From an uncultured delta proteobacterium (GTDB taxonomy: Bacteria > Myxococcota_A > Polyangia > Polyangiales > Polyangiaceae), in contig CAWJCS010000002.1 of assembly GCA_963841435.1 (NCBI GenBank), positions 736,001 through 800,000 of the forward strand: a DNA stretch of 64,000 nucleotides, written 5' to 3'. The number at the start of each line of letters is the position of its first letter. Position 1 is the stretch's first letter. Of the stretch, positions 47,568 through 58,037 are shown in pieces. Position numbers and translations under genes: made by a program. The notes under the pieces are model-generated. The model saw only the letters and a program-made list of their open reading frames with translations, searched no databases and was not told where the DNA came from.

Positions 47568-50333
47568 TTACCAGCGGTTGAAGTTGCCCGAGAGCGTCAG
47601 CGCCGTGAGCAGGCCGACGGTCGCGTTGTAGTAGGTGTACGCGGCATCCGATCCGCTGAGGAATGTCGGGTCCGCCGTGTAGAAGGCCGACATCAGGAAC
47701 TGCCAGGACTTGTCGACGAAGGCCTGGTTGCCCGCCGCCATCGCGCCGGCCGCCGCCGTGCCGATGATCGACATCGAGTTGTACGCGGCGTTGCCGCCGG
47801 TACCGCCGCCCGGCGCGTAGTAGATGTCGGCGATGCGGCCCATGCCGTTCGCGGCCTTGCCGGCGAAGAACGTCGTGGTCTTGCCGACGTAGGTCTTGGC
47901 GCCCGACGTGCCGTTCCAGCACGCGTCCAGGCCTATGCGCCAGGGCGTACGGTGCGAGTCGTACTGGTACATGGTCTCGTCGGTGTAGTTGAGGCCACCG
48001 GAGCCGGCCGTGCCGCAGTTGTTCGTGCACCACGCCGGGACGAGGCCCGTCGAGGCCCACGCGGAGTTGTTGACGAGGCTGATGGAGGTGTCGGCGACGG
48101 ACCCCCAGCCGTGGCCCGAGTTGACCTTGGCGAACTCGCGGTAGAACGCGGGTGCGAGGTACGACGGGTTCACGGGGTTGTTGCTCGAGAAGTTGCTGCC
48201 GCCCGTCGGCGTGTTGCTCTTGATGTCGCCGTTCCAGACGTCCGTGATGATGCCGGAAGCGCTGTATCCGCCCGACGTCCACTGCTTGCTCGCCATGAGC
48301 ACCGCGAACGCAGCGTCCTCGTCGGCGTCCGTCGCCGAGCCCGCGCCCTGCGTGCCGCCGCCGCTGTTGATCTGCCAGTTCATCAGCCCGCCGGCGACCG
48401 CGTGCGCCTTCCAGTACGTATAAAGACCGTCGAACAGCGTTTTGTCGTTCATGTAAACGGCGATCAGCATGCCGTAGGCGATGCCTTCGGACACCGAGTC
48501 GTTGCCGTTCTCGGGGCGCTGCACGCGCACGCCGCTGCCGGCGCCGTTCGCGGTGACGAACGTCGCCTTCCACTTCAGGTACGCCTCGATGAGGTGCTTG
48601 CCCTGCGCGCCCGTCGGCTTCACGCAGCCGTTGCTCGGCGCTTCGTCGCGCGGGAACGGATGGGCGGCGCCCGCCGTTTGCGTGTAGGTGGGCAGGCCCG
48701 CGTCGCCCGTGGTGAGCGCCACGTCGTCCACGTAGAGATCGTAGGCGCCCGAGGTCGAGAACTGATCGTAGAGCGCGAACTGGAGGCCGAGAGCGCTCGC
48801 GGGCTTGAACGAGGGCGCCTCGCAGTTCGTCGAGGCGCTCGAGCACCCCGTGGCGTTGTCGGCGGGCAAGTAGCGGGGCCCGAGCGTTGCGAAGGGCAGC
48901 GTCACGGTCTGCCAGGTGGTGCCGATGTTCGGGATCACCTTGCCACGCGTGTTGTACGCGTTGACGCCGCCGTTCAGCGCGGTGCCACCGGCATCGCCGC
49001 AAGCCGAGCCGTTGTTCGTGCACGACGGGCCCGGCTGGTTCTCTTTGGTGAGCATTTCGAACCAGATCGGCGGCTGGGTGCCGCTTCCCGACCGGATCTT
49101 GAAACTGACGCCGGTGTACATCGACAGGTCCACGGCGGCCTTGGCGTTGTCGGCCGTGCCCGTCGGGTGGAACGTCGCGCCGAAGCCCACGTAGTTCGGG
49201 TGGCCCGTGCACGTGGAGTGGAACGTCGAGGTCTGGCAGTTCCCCGCGGTGTCACCCGGCGGCAGGCCCGCCTTCATCACGGCCGCACCCGCCACCTTGG
49301 CCGGCGTTTGCGAGCCGCCGCCCGTATCGGCGAACACGTACCACCAGCCGTCCCGCCCCTCGGCCTTGTTGACCAACGCATCCGTGCCGGTCTCCTCGAA
49401 GTCCGCGATCAGCGACGACGCGGCCGGGCAACCCGGCGGGCGCCCCTCCGTCGAGCTGCACATGCCGCCGCTGCAGGTCGAGGGCGCCGTGCATGCCGCG
49501 CCGCAGGTGCCGCAGTTCGCGGCGTCGGTCATCGTGTCGACACAGCTGCCGCTGCACGCGGTCTCCCCCCCTGCGCAGCCGCACATGCCGTTGCTGCACC
49601 CCTGACCCATCGGGCAGGCCATGCCGCAGCCTCCGCAGTTGTTGGGGTCGTTGCCCATCGTGTTGACGCACGCGCCATTGCAGTCGGTCTTGTCGCAGGT
49701 AGCCGAGCAGGCACCGCCGGAGCAAAACGGCGTCGTGACGTTGCACGCCGTGCCACACATGCCCGTGCTGCTGCAGAACATGGCGCTCGAGCTCGGATCG
49801 ACGCAGGTCGGCGGAGTCCCGCAAGCGACGAGGGGCGGCGCACAAGCACAGGCGCCGTTCGTACACTGCTGCCCTGCGCCACACGCCATGGTGCAGTCGC
49901 CGCAATTGGCCTCGTCCGTCGCCGTATCGACGCAGGCGCCGCCGCAGGCCTTGTAGGTTGCCCCGAGGCCCGAGCACGAGCACATGCCGCTGACGCACTG
50001 TTGCCCCGCGCCGCACGCCATGCCGCACGAGCCGCAGTTCATGGTGTCGGCTTGGAGATCCGCGCAACCACTCGGGCACTGCATCTGCCCGGCCGCGCAT
50101 TGCACGACTCCACCGCTTCCACCCGCGCCGCTCTGAGCAGCGCCCCCCGCCGTGCCACCGGCGCCGCTCAGCGCGCCACCGGTGCCCGTGCCGGACGTGC
50201 CGCCAGCGCTGACGGTCCCGCCGCCGCCGCCGCTGCCTTTGTTGTTGCCGTCGTCGAGCGCCTTCGGCGCGCAGGCGAGGACGGCAAGTCCCACCGTGAT
50301 CGAAAGACAAACGAAGAGATCGCGAACTCCCAT
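47568..50333 (-). CDS. Modular GH8 glycoside hydrolase lipoprotein (Gly linker, Cys-rich repeats, CBM-like domain, GH8)
   Basis: Lipobox VLAC; repeats of D-x-x-NCG-x-C-x-x-AC; CBM11/CIA30-like block; SVSEGIAYGM, SATDADED, NPSY, YDSHRTPWR. Confidence 0.9.
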   Translation of the reverse strand: MGVRDLFVCLSITVGLAVLACAPKALDDGNNKGSGGGGGTVSAGGTSGTGTGGALSGAGGTAGGAAQSGAGGSGGVVQCAAGQMQCPSGCADLQADTMNCGSCGMACGAGQQCVSGMCSCSGLGATYKACGGACVDTATDEANCGDCTMACGAGQQCTNGACACAPPLVACGTPPTCVDPSSSAMFCSSTGMCGTACNVTTPFCSGGACSATCDKTDCNGACVNTMGNDPNNCGGCGMACPMGQGCSNGMCGCAGGETACSGSCVDTMTDAANCGTCGAACTAPSTCSGGMCSSTEGRPPGCPAASSLIADFEETGTDALVNKAEGRDGWWYVFADTGGGSQTPAKVAGAAVMKAGLPPGDTAGNCQTSTFHSTCTGHPNYVGFGATFHPTGTADNAKAAVDLSMYTGVSFKIRSGSGTQPPIWFEMLTKENQPGPSCTNNGSACGDAGGTALNGGVNAYNTRGKVIPNIGTTWQTVTLPFATLGPRYLPADNATGCSSASTNCEAPSFKPASALGLQFALYDQFSTSGAYDLYVDDVALTTGDAGLPTYTQTAGAAHPFPRDEAPSNGCVKPTGAQGKHLIEAYLKWKATFVTANGAGSGVRVQRPENGNDSVSEGIAYGMLIAVYMNDKTLFDGLYTYWKAHAVAGGLMNWQINSGGGTQGAGSATDADEDAAFAVLMASKQWTSGGYSASGIITDVWNGDIKSNTPTGGSNFSSNNPVNPSYLAPAFYREFAKVNSGHGWGSVADTSISLVNNSAWASTGLVPAWCTNNCGTAGSGGLNYTDETMYQYDSHRTPWRIGLDACWNGTSGAKTYVGKTTTFFAGKAANGMGRIADIYYAPGGGTGGNAAYNSMSIIGTAAAGAMAAGNQAFVDKSWQFLMSAFYTADPTFLSGSDAAYTYYNATVGLLTALTLSGNFNRW

Positions 50334-50738
50334 GACCCGAGAACTCTTGCACGAGTTCGCGCGCTCGCCCACGGGACCGGTCCCGCACGCGGCAGGCTCG
50401 CCCCTGGCCCGGCCGCCCATCTTGCGAGAGCGAAAACTTGGCGTCTCGCCGGAGTGGCCGACGGGCCACCGCTCTCGGTGCCGCGTGGCGGGCTCCTTGC
50501 CAAAAATCCCTGGAATTTCGGTAAGAAACCGGTTCCAGTGCCGCGCCTGCTGCGCAGCGTCATGCGGTAGGCTCGCCGAGCGCCACATTGCGCGCCGGGC
50601 AACCGCCGGGCGCTTCGCTTGACCCTACCCAGCCCTTCGCCTACGAGTCCGAGCGCCCCCATCCGACTCGTGGGTTTGCGCGGCGATTCGTCGGGTTTGT
50701 CGCCGCCCTCGGTCGGCCACCTCCACACCACGGAAAGA

Positions 50739-52550
50739 ATGAGCATGGTCGTCAACCGTCTGCGCTACGCCCTCGCCGCCCTCGCCGTCCTTTCGCTCGC
50801 GCTGGGCGGCTGTCGGAAGCACAAGCCCGCGGGCCAAAAGGGCTCGAGCTCGGCGCCCACGAGCTTCGCGCGCAACGAAACGCTCTACGTCGGTGGACGC
50901 CAATGGGGTGAGCCAAGCTCGTTCAATCCGCTCGCGGGCTGGCAGGACTGGCCCGTGAACTCGATGAACCTCATTTACGAAACGCTGCTCATGTACGAGC
51001 CGCTCGCGGGCAAGCTGACACCACTCTTGGCCGAGTCCTGGGACATTAAGGACGACTCGGTCGAGATCGTGGTCAACCCCGCGGCGCGCTGGAGCGACGG
51101 CAAGCCGGTGACGGGCGAGGACGTGAAGTACACGTTCGATCTGGGCAAGAAATACAAGAGCCTGCTGCAATCGCCGCTCTGGTCGTACCTGTCGGACGTG
51201 AAGCTCGCGGAAAAGGACGGGAAAAGTCACGTCACTTTCGTGCTCGACCCCGAGAAGAAGAACGCGCTGCCCGTGCTCGACGCCTTCGTCGAGATCCGCA
51301 TCGTGCCAAAGCACGTGATCGAGCCGCTTTTGGCCAAAGCCAAAGACAACATCGACGATTTCTTGAAACTGAAGTTCGACAAGGATCCGGTCGGCTCGGG
51401 TCCCTACAAGCTGCTTTCGTACAACAGCGAGAAAATCGTTACCGTGCGTGACGACAACTACTGGGGCAACAAGGTGTTCTTCGGCGGCAAGCTCGCCGCA
51501 CCGAAGTACGTGGTGCACCCGATCTTCAAGAGCAACGACCACTTCAGCGTGGGGCTCCAGCAGGGCACGGTCGACGTGTCGGCCTCGTTCATTCCGCGCA
51601 TCCAGGAGAAGAAGGGCGTCAAGGCCTGGTACGACAAGGAACCGTTCTTCGTGTCGGCCACCATCCCGATGCTGTGGCTCAACGTGCTGCACCATCCGCT
51701 CGATGACGTCCACCTCCGCCGCGCGATGGCATTCTCCATCAACTACAAAGACATCCGGGAGCTCGCGGTATCCGGGTACAGCGACCCGATCGAGCCCGGC
51801 CTGATCATGAACGTGGGCCTCGAAAAGAAGTTCTTCTCCGCAGAGGATGCGAAGCAGTTCGGCGCATCGCGCTACGACGTCGAGGCGGCCAAGGCGGAGC
51901 TCAAGGCGGGCGGCTTCCGGTCCATCTTCAAGGACGGCGAGCTCGTCGAGATGCGCGACAAGTCGGGGAAGAAGCTCGAGACGGTGTACATCAAGTCGCC
52001 GACCGGCTGGACCGACTGGGAGTCGATTGTCCGCATCGCGGTGAAAGGCATGCGCGAGGCGGGCATCGACGCGCGCGAAAGGTTCGTGGACGCGAGCTTG
52101 TTCTGGGGAGCCCTCTACTCGGGTGATTTCGACCTCATCATGTTCACCCCGCCGGCGCCACCGTCGCCTTCGACCCCGTGGCGTCGCTTCGACATCGTGT
52201 TGAACTCGAGCGAATGGGCGCCCGTGGGCGAGAAGCGCTACAAGGACATGGGTCGCTTCAACAACCCCAAGGCACCCGGCTACATCGCCCGCATCGACGA
52301 GCTCTTGAACGAGATCCCCCGCATCAAGGACGACGCCGAGCTCGTCAAGGCGTACCGCGAGCTCAACGTCCTTTACATGAAAAACCAGCCTACGATCCCG
52401 CTCGTCTATCGCGCGGATCAGTTCTACGAATTCACGGAGCGGGCCTGGAAAGGCTTCCCGACCTCCGCGAACCCGTTCCTCCCTCCGCAGATGCCCGGGG
52501 ACCGGTTCGGCACGCGCATCCTCTGGCATATCCAGCCCGTCGCCCACTAA
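50739..52550 (+). CDS. Family-5 (Opp/Dpp-type) ABC substrate-binding lipoprotein, probably for oligosaccharides
   Basis: Lipobox LGGC, LIYETL, PLLAESW, WSDGKPVT, PVGSGPY, GWTDW. Confidence 0.9.
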   Translation: MSMVVNRLRYALAALAVLSLALGGCRKHKPAGQKGSSSAPTSFARNETLYVGGRQWGEPSSFNPLAGWQDWPVNSMNLIYETLLMYEPLAGKLTPLLAESWDIKDDSVEIVVNPAARWSDGKPVTGEDVKYTFDLGKKYKSLLQSPLWSYLSDVKLAEKDGKSHVTFVLDPEKKNALPVLDAFVEIRIVPKHVIEPLLAKAKDNIDDFLKLKFDKDPVGSGPYKLLSYNSEKIVTVRDDNYWGNKVFFGGKLAAPKYVVHPIFKSNDHFSVGLQQGTVDVSASFIPRIQEKKGVKAWYDKEPFFVSATIPMLWLNVLHHPLDDVHLRRAMAFSINYKDIRELAVSGYSDPIEPGLIMNVGLEKKFFSAEDAKQFGASRYDVEAAKAELKAGGFRSIFKDGELVEMRDKSGKKLETVYIKSPTGWTDWESIVRIAVKGMREAGIDARERFVDASLFWGALYSGDFDLIMFTPPAPPSPSTPWRRFDIVLNSSEWAPVGEKRYKDMGRFNNPKAPGYIARIDELLNEIPRIKDDAELVKAYRELNVLYMKNQPTIPLVYRADQFYEFTERAWKGFPTSANPFLPPQMPGDRFGTRILWHIQPVAH

Positions 52551-52558
52551 GCCCGCAG

Positions 52559-53626
52559 ATGCTCAGACGCTACCCGACCCTTCGTCACATCCTGGGGCGC
52601 GCGGGCTGGTATTTCCTTACCTTCCTCGTCGCCATCACCGTCAACTTCTTCCTGCCGCGCCTCGGCGACGCGAACCCCGTCGACGCCATCATGGCGCGCG
52701 CCGGCTCGAACCTCGATGCCGCGTCGGCACGCGAGAAGGAAGACGCGTACCTGCGCGAGTTCGGCCTCGTGGAGACCGACGACGAAGGCAACGTGATTCG
52801 CGAGAACGGCAAGCCCGTGAAGACGGCGCTCGTCGAGCAGTTCGCGAACTACCTCTCCATGAGCCTGCAGGGGGACCTCGGCACTTCGATCCTGCAGTAT
52901 CCGAAGCCCGTCGGCGAGATCATCGAAAATGCATTGCCGTGGACGCTCGCGCTGCAGCTACCGACCATCATTTTGGGCTGGTTGGTCGGCAATCTTTTGG
53001 GCGCACTCGCCGCGTACAAGCGCGGCGTCTTCGACCGGGTATTTTATCCACTCGCGCTGCTCGCGAGCGCGGTGCCCGCCTTCTGCGTCGCCATCCTCAT
53101 GGTGTACGTGTTCGGCATCAAGCTCGAGTGGTTCCCCGCCGTCGGCGGCTACGACCCGGGCCAGGTGCCGGCAGCGTCGTTCGAGTTCTTGGTGAGCGCT
53201 AGCTACTACTACGTGATGCCGTTCCTCTCGATCTTCCTGATCGTGGTCGGCGGCCAGGCCATCGGCATGCGCTCGATGTGCATCTACGAGCTCGGGACGG
53301 ACTACGTGAAATACGCGAAGCTCCTGGGGCTCACGGAGAACAAGATCCTGATCTACATCTTTCGCAATGCGATGCTGCCGCAGCTCACCGGCCTCGCGCT
53401 CGCGCTCGGTGCCATGGTCGGCGGCGCGCTCATCACGGAGATCATCTTCAGCTACCCCGGTCTCGGCATGGCAATCCTGACGGCCATCCAGGGCAACGAC
53501 TACCCGGTCATCACCGGTTGCACGCTGCTCATCGCGGCTTGTGTACTGCTCGCGAACTTCAGCGTCGACGTGCTGGTCGGCATCCTCGACCCGCGCATCC
53601 GCGCCGCCCAGGCAGGAAGCAAGTAG
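52559..53626 (+). CDS. ABC transporter permease (DppB-like)
   Basis: GDLGTS, LPWTL, FRNAMLP, ITEIIFSYPGLG, DPRIR. Confidence 0.92.
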   Translation: MLRRYPTLRHILGRAGWYFLTFLVAITVNFFLPRLGDANPVDAIMARAGSNLDAASAREKEDAYLREFGLVETDDEGNVIRENGKPVKTALVEQFANYLSMSLQGDLGTSILQYPKPVGEIIENALPWTLALQLPTIILGWLVGNLLGALAAYKRGVFDRVFYPLALLASAVPAFCVAILMVYVFGIKLEWFPAVGGYDPGQVPAASFEFLVSASYYYVMPFLSIFLIVVGGQAIGMRSMCIYELGTDYVKYAKLLGLTENKILIYIFRNAMLPQLTGLALALGAMVGGALITEIIFSYPGLGMAILTAIQGNDYPVITGCTLLIAACVLLANFSVDVLVGILDPRIRAAQAGSK

Positions 53627-53629
53627 CCC

Positions 53630-54469
53630 ATGCAGCTCGTCAAGGGGCTCTTCAAGCAGCCGGCCTTTCTGGTCGGGCTCGTGCTGTTCCTGGGCACGCT
53701 CGGCATCGCGCTGCTCGCGCCGCTCGTCATGCACCTCGACGTGAAGGATCGCGTCGGCGGGCCGTACATGCCGCCGTCGGCGGAGCACTGGCTCGGGACC
53801 GATCACTTGGGCCTCGACATGGTGTCGATGCTCGTGGCGGGCCTGCGTGCCTCGCTCTACGTGGGCTTCTTGGCCGGCACGATCGCGACCGTCGTCGGCA
53901 CGCTGATCGGCGTCTACGGCGGCTACAAGGGCGGCCTAATCGACGACATCCTGACCTCCCTCACGAATCTGTTCCTGGTGATTCCCACCCTCATCGTGTT
54001 GATTTTGCTCTCGAGCAGCATGGAAAAGGGGCGGAGCCTCACGCTGATTGCCGTCATCATCGGCTGCACGACCTGGACGTGGAGCGCCCGCGCCGTGCGC
54101 GCTCAGGCCTCCAGCCTACGAGCTCGTGATCACGTGGCGCTCGCGCGCATCAACGGCTTTAGTACGCTCGAAATCGTCATCGAGCAAATCCTGCCGTACC
54201 TCTTGTCGTACATCTTCATGGTGTTCATCTTGCAGACGGCGACGGCGATCCTCTCGGAGGCGACGATCAGCATGCTCGGCCTCGGCCCCTACGACTCCAT
54301 CTCGCTCGGTAAGATTCTCAACGAGGCGAAAACCAACGAGGCGCTGACCGGCGGAGCCTGGTGGGCCTTCATGCCTGCCATGGTGCTCATCACGCTGATT
54401 GCCTTTTCGCTCTATGTCATCAATACGGCGATGGAAGGTGTTTTCAATCCGAGGTTGAGGAGAGGTTGA
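53630..54469 (+). CDS. ABC transporter permease (DppC-like)
   Basis: HWLGTDHLG, ARAVRAQ, LGLGP, WWAF-x-P. Confidence 0.92.
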   Translation: MQLVKGLFKQPAFLVGLVLFLGTLGIALLAPLVMHLDVKDRVGGPYMPPSAEHWLGTDHLGLDMVSMLVAGLRASLYVGFLAGTIATVVGTLIGVYGGYKGGLIDDILTSLTNLFLVIPTLIVLILLSSSMEKGRSLTLIAVIIGCTTWTWSARAVRAQASSLRARDHVALARINGFSTLEIVIEQILPYLLSYIFMVFILQTATAILSEATISMLGLGPYDSISLGKILNEAKTNEALTGGAWWAFMPAMVLITLIAFSLYVINTAMEGVFNPRLRRG

Positions 54470-54508
54470 GAAAGTGATGCGTGCGGGTGAAGGCGTGAGG
54501 CTCGGGAA

Positions 54509-55486
54509 GTGAGCGCCACCGTTCTCGAGGTCGAAGACCTGCGTGTCCACTACGTCACTCGCTTCGGCGCGAAGATCCAGGCGGTGGACGGCGTCTCCTT
54601 CAAGCTCAAGCAAGGCGAAATCCTCGGGATCGCCGGTGAGTCCGGTTGCGGCAAGACGACGCTCGTCTCCGGCTGCATGGGCCTGTACATCCCGCCGCTC
54701 TATCACTCGTCGGGCGACGTGCGCATCGACGGAAAATCGATCATCGGCCTCGGCCAGGAGCGGAATCGGAAAGAGGTGCTCGGCCGTCAGATCGCGATGA
54801 TCCCGCAGGGGGCGCTCAACTCGCTCAACCCCACGCGCAAGATCAAGGACATGGCCGCCGACATGATCCTGAGCCACGACGAAGGCGCGGACAAGAAGAC
54901 CATCAACGATCGCCTGCGGGAGCGCTTCAGCCGCATCGGCCTCGACGCCGACACGGTGCTGAACTCTTACCCCGTGCAGCTCCCCGCGGGCACGAAGCAG
55001 CGCTGCGTGATCGGCATCTCCACGTTGCTCAATCCCAAGGTCGTGGTGGCCGACGAGCCCACCTCGGCGCTCGACGTTTCGACGCAAAAGTCCGTGATCC
55101 GGCTGCTGTTCGAGCTGATGGACCAGGAAATCATCTCGAGCATGCTCTTCATCACGCACGAGCTCCCGCTGCTGCGCCACGTTTCGAGCTCCATCGCCGT
55201 CATGTATGCGGGCGAGTTCGTCGAATACGGCACGACGGAGCGCGTGATCCTCGACGGGCGTCAGCCCTACACGAAGGCGCTCATGGGCTCGATGCTCTCG
55301 GCCGAGCCCGGCCAGAAGAGCCGGCCGCCCGTCGCCATCGAGGGCGCTCCGCCCAAGCTCGACCACGAGATCCCCGGTTGCCGCTTCGCGGACCGCTGCC
55401 CGGAGGCGCGCCCGGACTGCAGCACGGAGAAGCAAAGCCTGCGCGTTCTTGCGGAGCGAGAGGTTCGCTGCAAGTACGCTGTCTGA
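54509..55486 (+). CDS. ABC transporter ATP-binding subunit (DppD-like)
   Basis: GESGCGKT, ADEPTSALD, FITH, C-terminal GCRFADRC; degenerate signature LPAGTKQR. Confidence 0.92.
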   Translation: MSATVLEVEDLRVHYVTRFGAKIQAVDGVSFKLKQGEILGIAGESGCGKTTLVSGCMGLYIPPLYHSSGDVRIDGKSIIGLGQERNRKEVLGRQIAMIPQGALNSLNPTRKIKDMAADMILSHDEGADKKTINDRLRERFSRIGLDADTVLNSYPVQLPAGTKQRCVIGISTLLNPKVVVADEPTSALDVSTQKSVIRLLFELMDQEIISSMLFITHELPLLRHVSSSIAVMYAGEFVEYGTTERVILDGRQPYTKALMGSMLSAEPGQKSRPPVAIEGAPPKLDHEIPGCRFADRCPEARPDCSTEKQSLRVLAEREVRCKYAV

Positions 55487-55574
55487 AGACGTTCATGTTG
55501 ACCAGCATCAGCCACGAGCGCCCCGCGACCCGCGCGCGCGTTGAACCACCCGGTGCCGGCCTAGGAGTAGCCCC

Positions 55575-56393
55575 GTGAGCGACGCACTCAAGTTCGAAGG
55601 CAAGCACCTTACCCGGGTCTTCGGGCACGGGCGCAAGCGCATCGTTGCCGTCGACGACGTTTCGTTCAAGATCAAAGACCGCGAGATTATCTCGCTCGTG
55701 GGCCAGTCCGGCTGCGGCAAGACCGTGCTCGCGAAGATGCTCCTGCGCCTCGAAACTCCGACGAGCGGCGAGCTCTCGTTCAATGGTAAGCCCATCGAAT
55801 CCGTGCGCGATCCGCGCGAGCACTGGCGCCAGGTGCAGGCGGTGTTCCAGGATCCGTTCTCCTGCTTCAACCAGTTTTTCACGATCCGCGCCCAGCTCAA
55901 GAGCTCGTTCCGCCTGTTCCAGAACAAGCCGAGTCCGAAGGAGATGGAGGATCGCGTCGATGAGGCGCTGCTCGCCGTCAACATCAAGCCCAAGGAGATC
56001 GAGGGGAAATACCCGTTCGAGCTCTCGGGCGGTCAGATGCAGCGCATGCTGCTCGCACGCATCTTCATTCTCAAGCCGCAGGTGCTCATCGCAGACGAGC
56101 CGACCAGTATGGTCGATGCCTGCAGCCGCGCGAGCATCCTCGACTACCTGATGAAGCTCAAAGAGGAGCTGTCGATGACGATCGTCTTCGTGACGCACGA
56201 CATCGGGCTCGCCTATTACGTTTCGGACGCCATCTACATCATGCACAAGGGCAAGATCGTGGAGCAGGGGCCGCCCGACAAGGTGACGCAGTCGCCCGAG
56301 AGCGATGTCACCAAGCAGCTGCTCGACGACATCCCGAGCGTCCACAAGCAGTGGATCGAGCGTGGGCCGCCCGGTCGCACCGCGACCGGATAG
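55575..56393 (+). CDS. ABC transporter ATP-binding subunit (DppF-like)
   Basis: GQSGCGKT, VFQDP, LSGGQMQR, ADEPTSMVD. Confidence 0.92.
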   Translation: MSDALKFEGKHLTRVFGHGRKRIVAVDDVSFKIKDREIISLVGQSGCGKTVLAKMLLRLETPTSGELSFNGKPIESVRDPREHWRQVQAVFQDPFSCFNQFFTIRAQLKSSFRLFQNKPSPKEMEDRVDEALLAVNIKPKEIEGKYPFELSGGQMQRMLLARIFILKPQVLIADEPTSMVDACSRASILDYLMKLKEELSMTIVFVTHDIGLAYYVSDAIYIMHKGKIVEQGPPDKVTQSPESDVTKQLLDDIPSVHKQWIERGPPGRTATG

Positions 56394-56411
56394 CCGTGGG
56401 GCGCCGCGGCG

Positions 56412-57845
56412 TCAGCGCACGCACTTCACGAACGCCGACGTGAAGTAGTTCCAGTCGCCGCTTGCGCCGGCGTTGAAGCCCGTGAAGCCGTCGTCGAAGT
56501 TGATGGCCCAGGCGGCGGTCTGGCTGCCGCGCGAGTGGTGGGAGCCCCAGTACCAGTTGTTGCTCCGCGAGCCGTACTTCGTGTTCGGGAACATCGTCAC
56601 GTTGATGGCCGGGGCGACGCGCGCCTCGTCGACGAGGGTTGCGAGCTCGCGGATGCTCGGCACGCGCCAGGTGTGGCCACCGAGCGAGAGGCCCGCGCAG
56701 TAGGGTGCCGCCTCGTCGAACGTCAGGCCGGCGTCCGAGTAGCCCTGCTGCCAGACGAGCCCCGTGTAGGTGTCCTTTATCTCGCCCGCGGCGAGCTCGG
56801 TGTACTGGCTCGGGGGCGCGACGGCGGGGTCGCTCGGCGCCTCACCCGCGCCGCCGCCGCGCACGCAGCGGTTGCGGGCGGCGGTTGCCTTCGAGTATGC
56901 GTTGCTCACGATGCCGTCGCCGAGGTTGTACGCCCACGCGAAGTCCTTGCCGGCCCCGGCGCCCTTCTGCTGGATGGTGAGGATCCAGTCGGACGCCGTC
57001 TTGTGAAAGCCGCTGGCGCCGCCCGGAAAGCCCGTCTTGTCGAGGGCGGGGCCCTGCGTAAAATCGACGATCGACGCCATCTCGACGCGCGTCGGCAGCC
57101 GCCAGTCGTCGTGCCCCGCGAGCGTGAGGCCGTCACAGTAGTCGAGCGCGTCCTGCCAGGTGAGGTTCGTGCTCGGCGGCGTCTTCTGCCATTCGAGGCA
57201 GGTCACGTCGTCGACGGTCGTGTCGGTACCGACCGTGTAGCTTGCTTCGTTGGGCAAGCTGCTGCCGACCGGGTTCGGCATCGGCCAGCACGCCCATTTG
57301 TGGGACCCGCAATTGGGCTGGCAAGTGCCGGTCATGCCTGTCGAGCCAGCCGAGCCCGCTGTACCGCCGCTGCCGGAACCGCCACCCGCGGCTCCGGAGC
57401 TCCCACCGCTGTCGCCTCCTGCGCCCGCCGTGCCACCGGCATCGCCGGCCGAGCCGCCTGCTCCGCCGACGCCCGCCGTGCCGCCGTCAGCCGCTGCGCT
57501 GCCCCCTGAGGCCGCTGCACCGCTGGCACCGCCGGCACCGCCGGCACCGCCCAAGCCGGCACTGCCGCCGACCTGACTCGAACCCCCCGTAGCTCCGCCG
57601 GAGCTGGCACCGCTCGCGCCCGCTGTTGCAGCACCGCTCCCGCCGACTCCGCCCGTGCCCAGGCCTGACGCGCCACCTTGGCCGGAGCCCGCGCTGCCGC
57701 CGACCCCCCCGCTGGCCTTGCCACCGGTGCCCCCCGTCTCCGGCGCCGTGGTCTCGACGCTGCACGCGCACGCCGCCAGCGCGATCAGCCAAAAAGGGAC
57801 GAAGGAGAGTCGCACGGTGGGGCTCCCGAGTACGGTCGCCTCCAA
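56412..57845 (-). CDS. Lipoprotein with two DUF1566 (Lcl C-terminal-like) domains
   Basis: Lipobox-like ACAC, Gly linker, two copies of D-x-x-T-x-L-x-WQ...A-x-x-YC-x-x-L-x-L-x-G...WR-x-P...E, each ending in CVR. Confidence 0.87.
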   Translation of the reverse strand: MEATVLGSPTVRLSFVPFWLIALAACACSVETTAPETGGTGGKASGGVGGSAGSGQGGASGLGTGGVGGSGAATAGASGASSGGATGGSSQVGGSAGLGGAGGAGGASGAAASGGSAAADGGTAGVGGAGGSAGDAGGTAGAGGDSGGSSGAAGGGSGSGGTAGSAGSTGMTGTCQPNCGSHKWACWPMPNPVGSSLPNEASYTVGTDTTVDDVTCLEWQKTPPSTNLTWQDALDYCDGLTLAGHDDWRLPTRVEMASIVDFTQGPALDKTGFPGGASGFHKTASDWILTIQQKGAGAGKDFAWAYNLGDGIVSNAYSKATAARNRCVRGGGAGEAPSDPAVAPPSQYTELAAGEIKDTYTGLVWQQGYSDAGLTFDEAAPYCAGLSLGGHTWRVPSIRELATLVDEARVAPAINVTMFPNTKYGSRSNNWYWGSHHSRGSQTAAWAINFDDGFTGFNAGASGDWNYFTSAFVKCVR

Positions 57846-58037
57846 ACGCGCTGGTCAGTCACGCGAGCCGATCCCGCGCTCCCCACCGAGGGTCGAAGCC
57901 ACCCAAGACGACAAACCGGCGGGACGGGCGCCGGCTGTTTTCAGCGTCGCGAAGGGCGCAGGGCGCCTCCCTACGAGGCGCCCTGCGAAGAATCAGGGTA
58001 CGAAATCAAGCGGCGCCAGGCCGCTCGCGTCCGCACC

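Noticed and set aside
47172-50570. 1132-aa plus-strand ORF and similar long antisense ORFs (e.g. 4207..6498, 50625..52547, 57678..59687)
   Set aside because: Antisense shadows of well-supported genes in high-GC DNA; Arg/Ala-rich with no motifs
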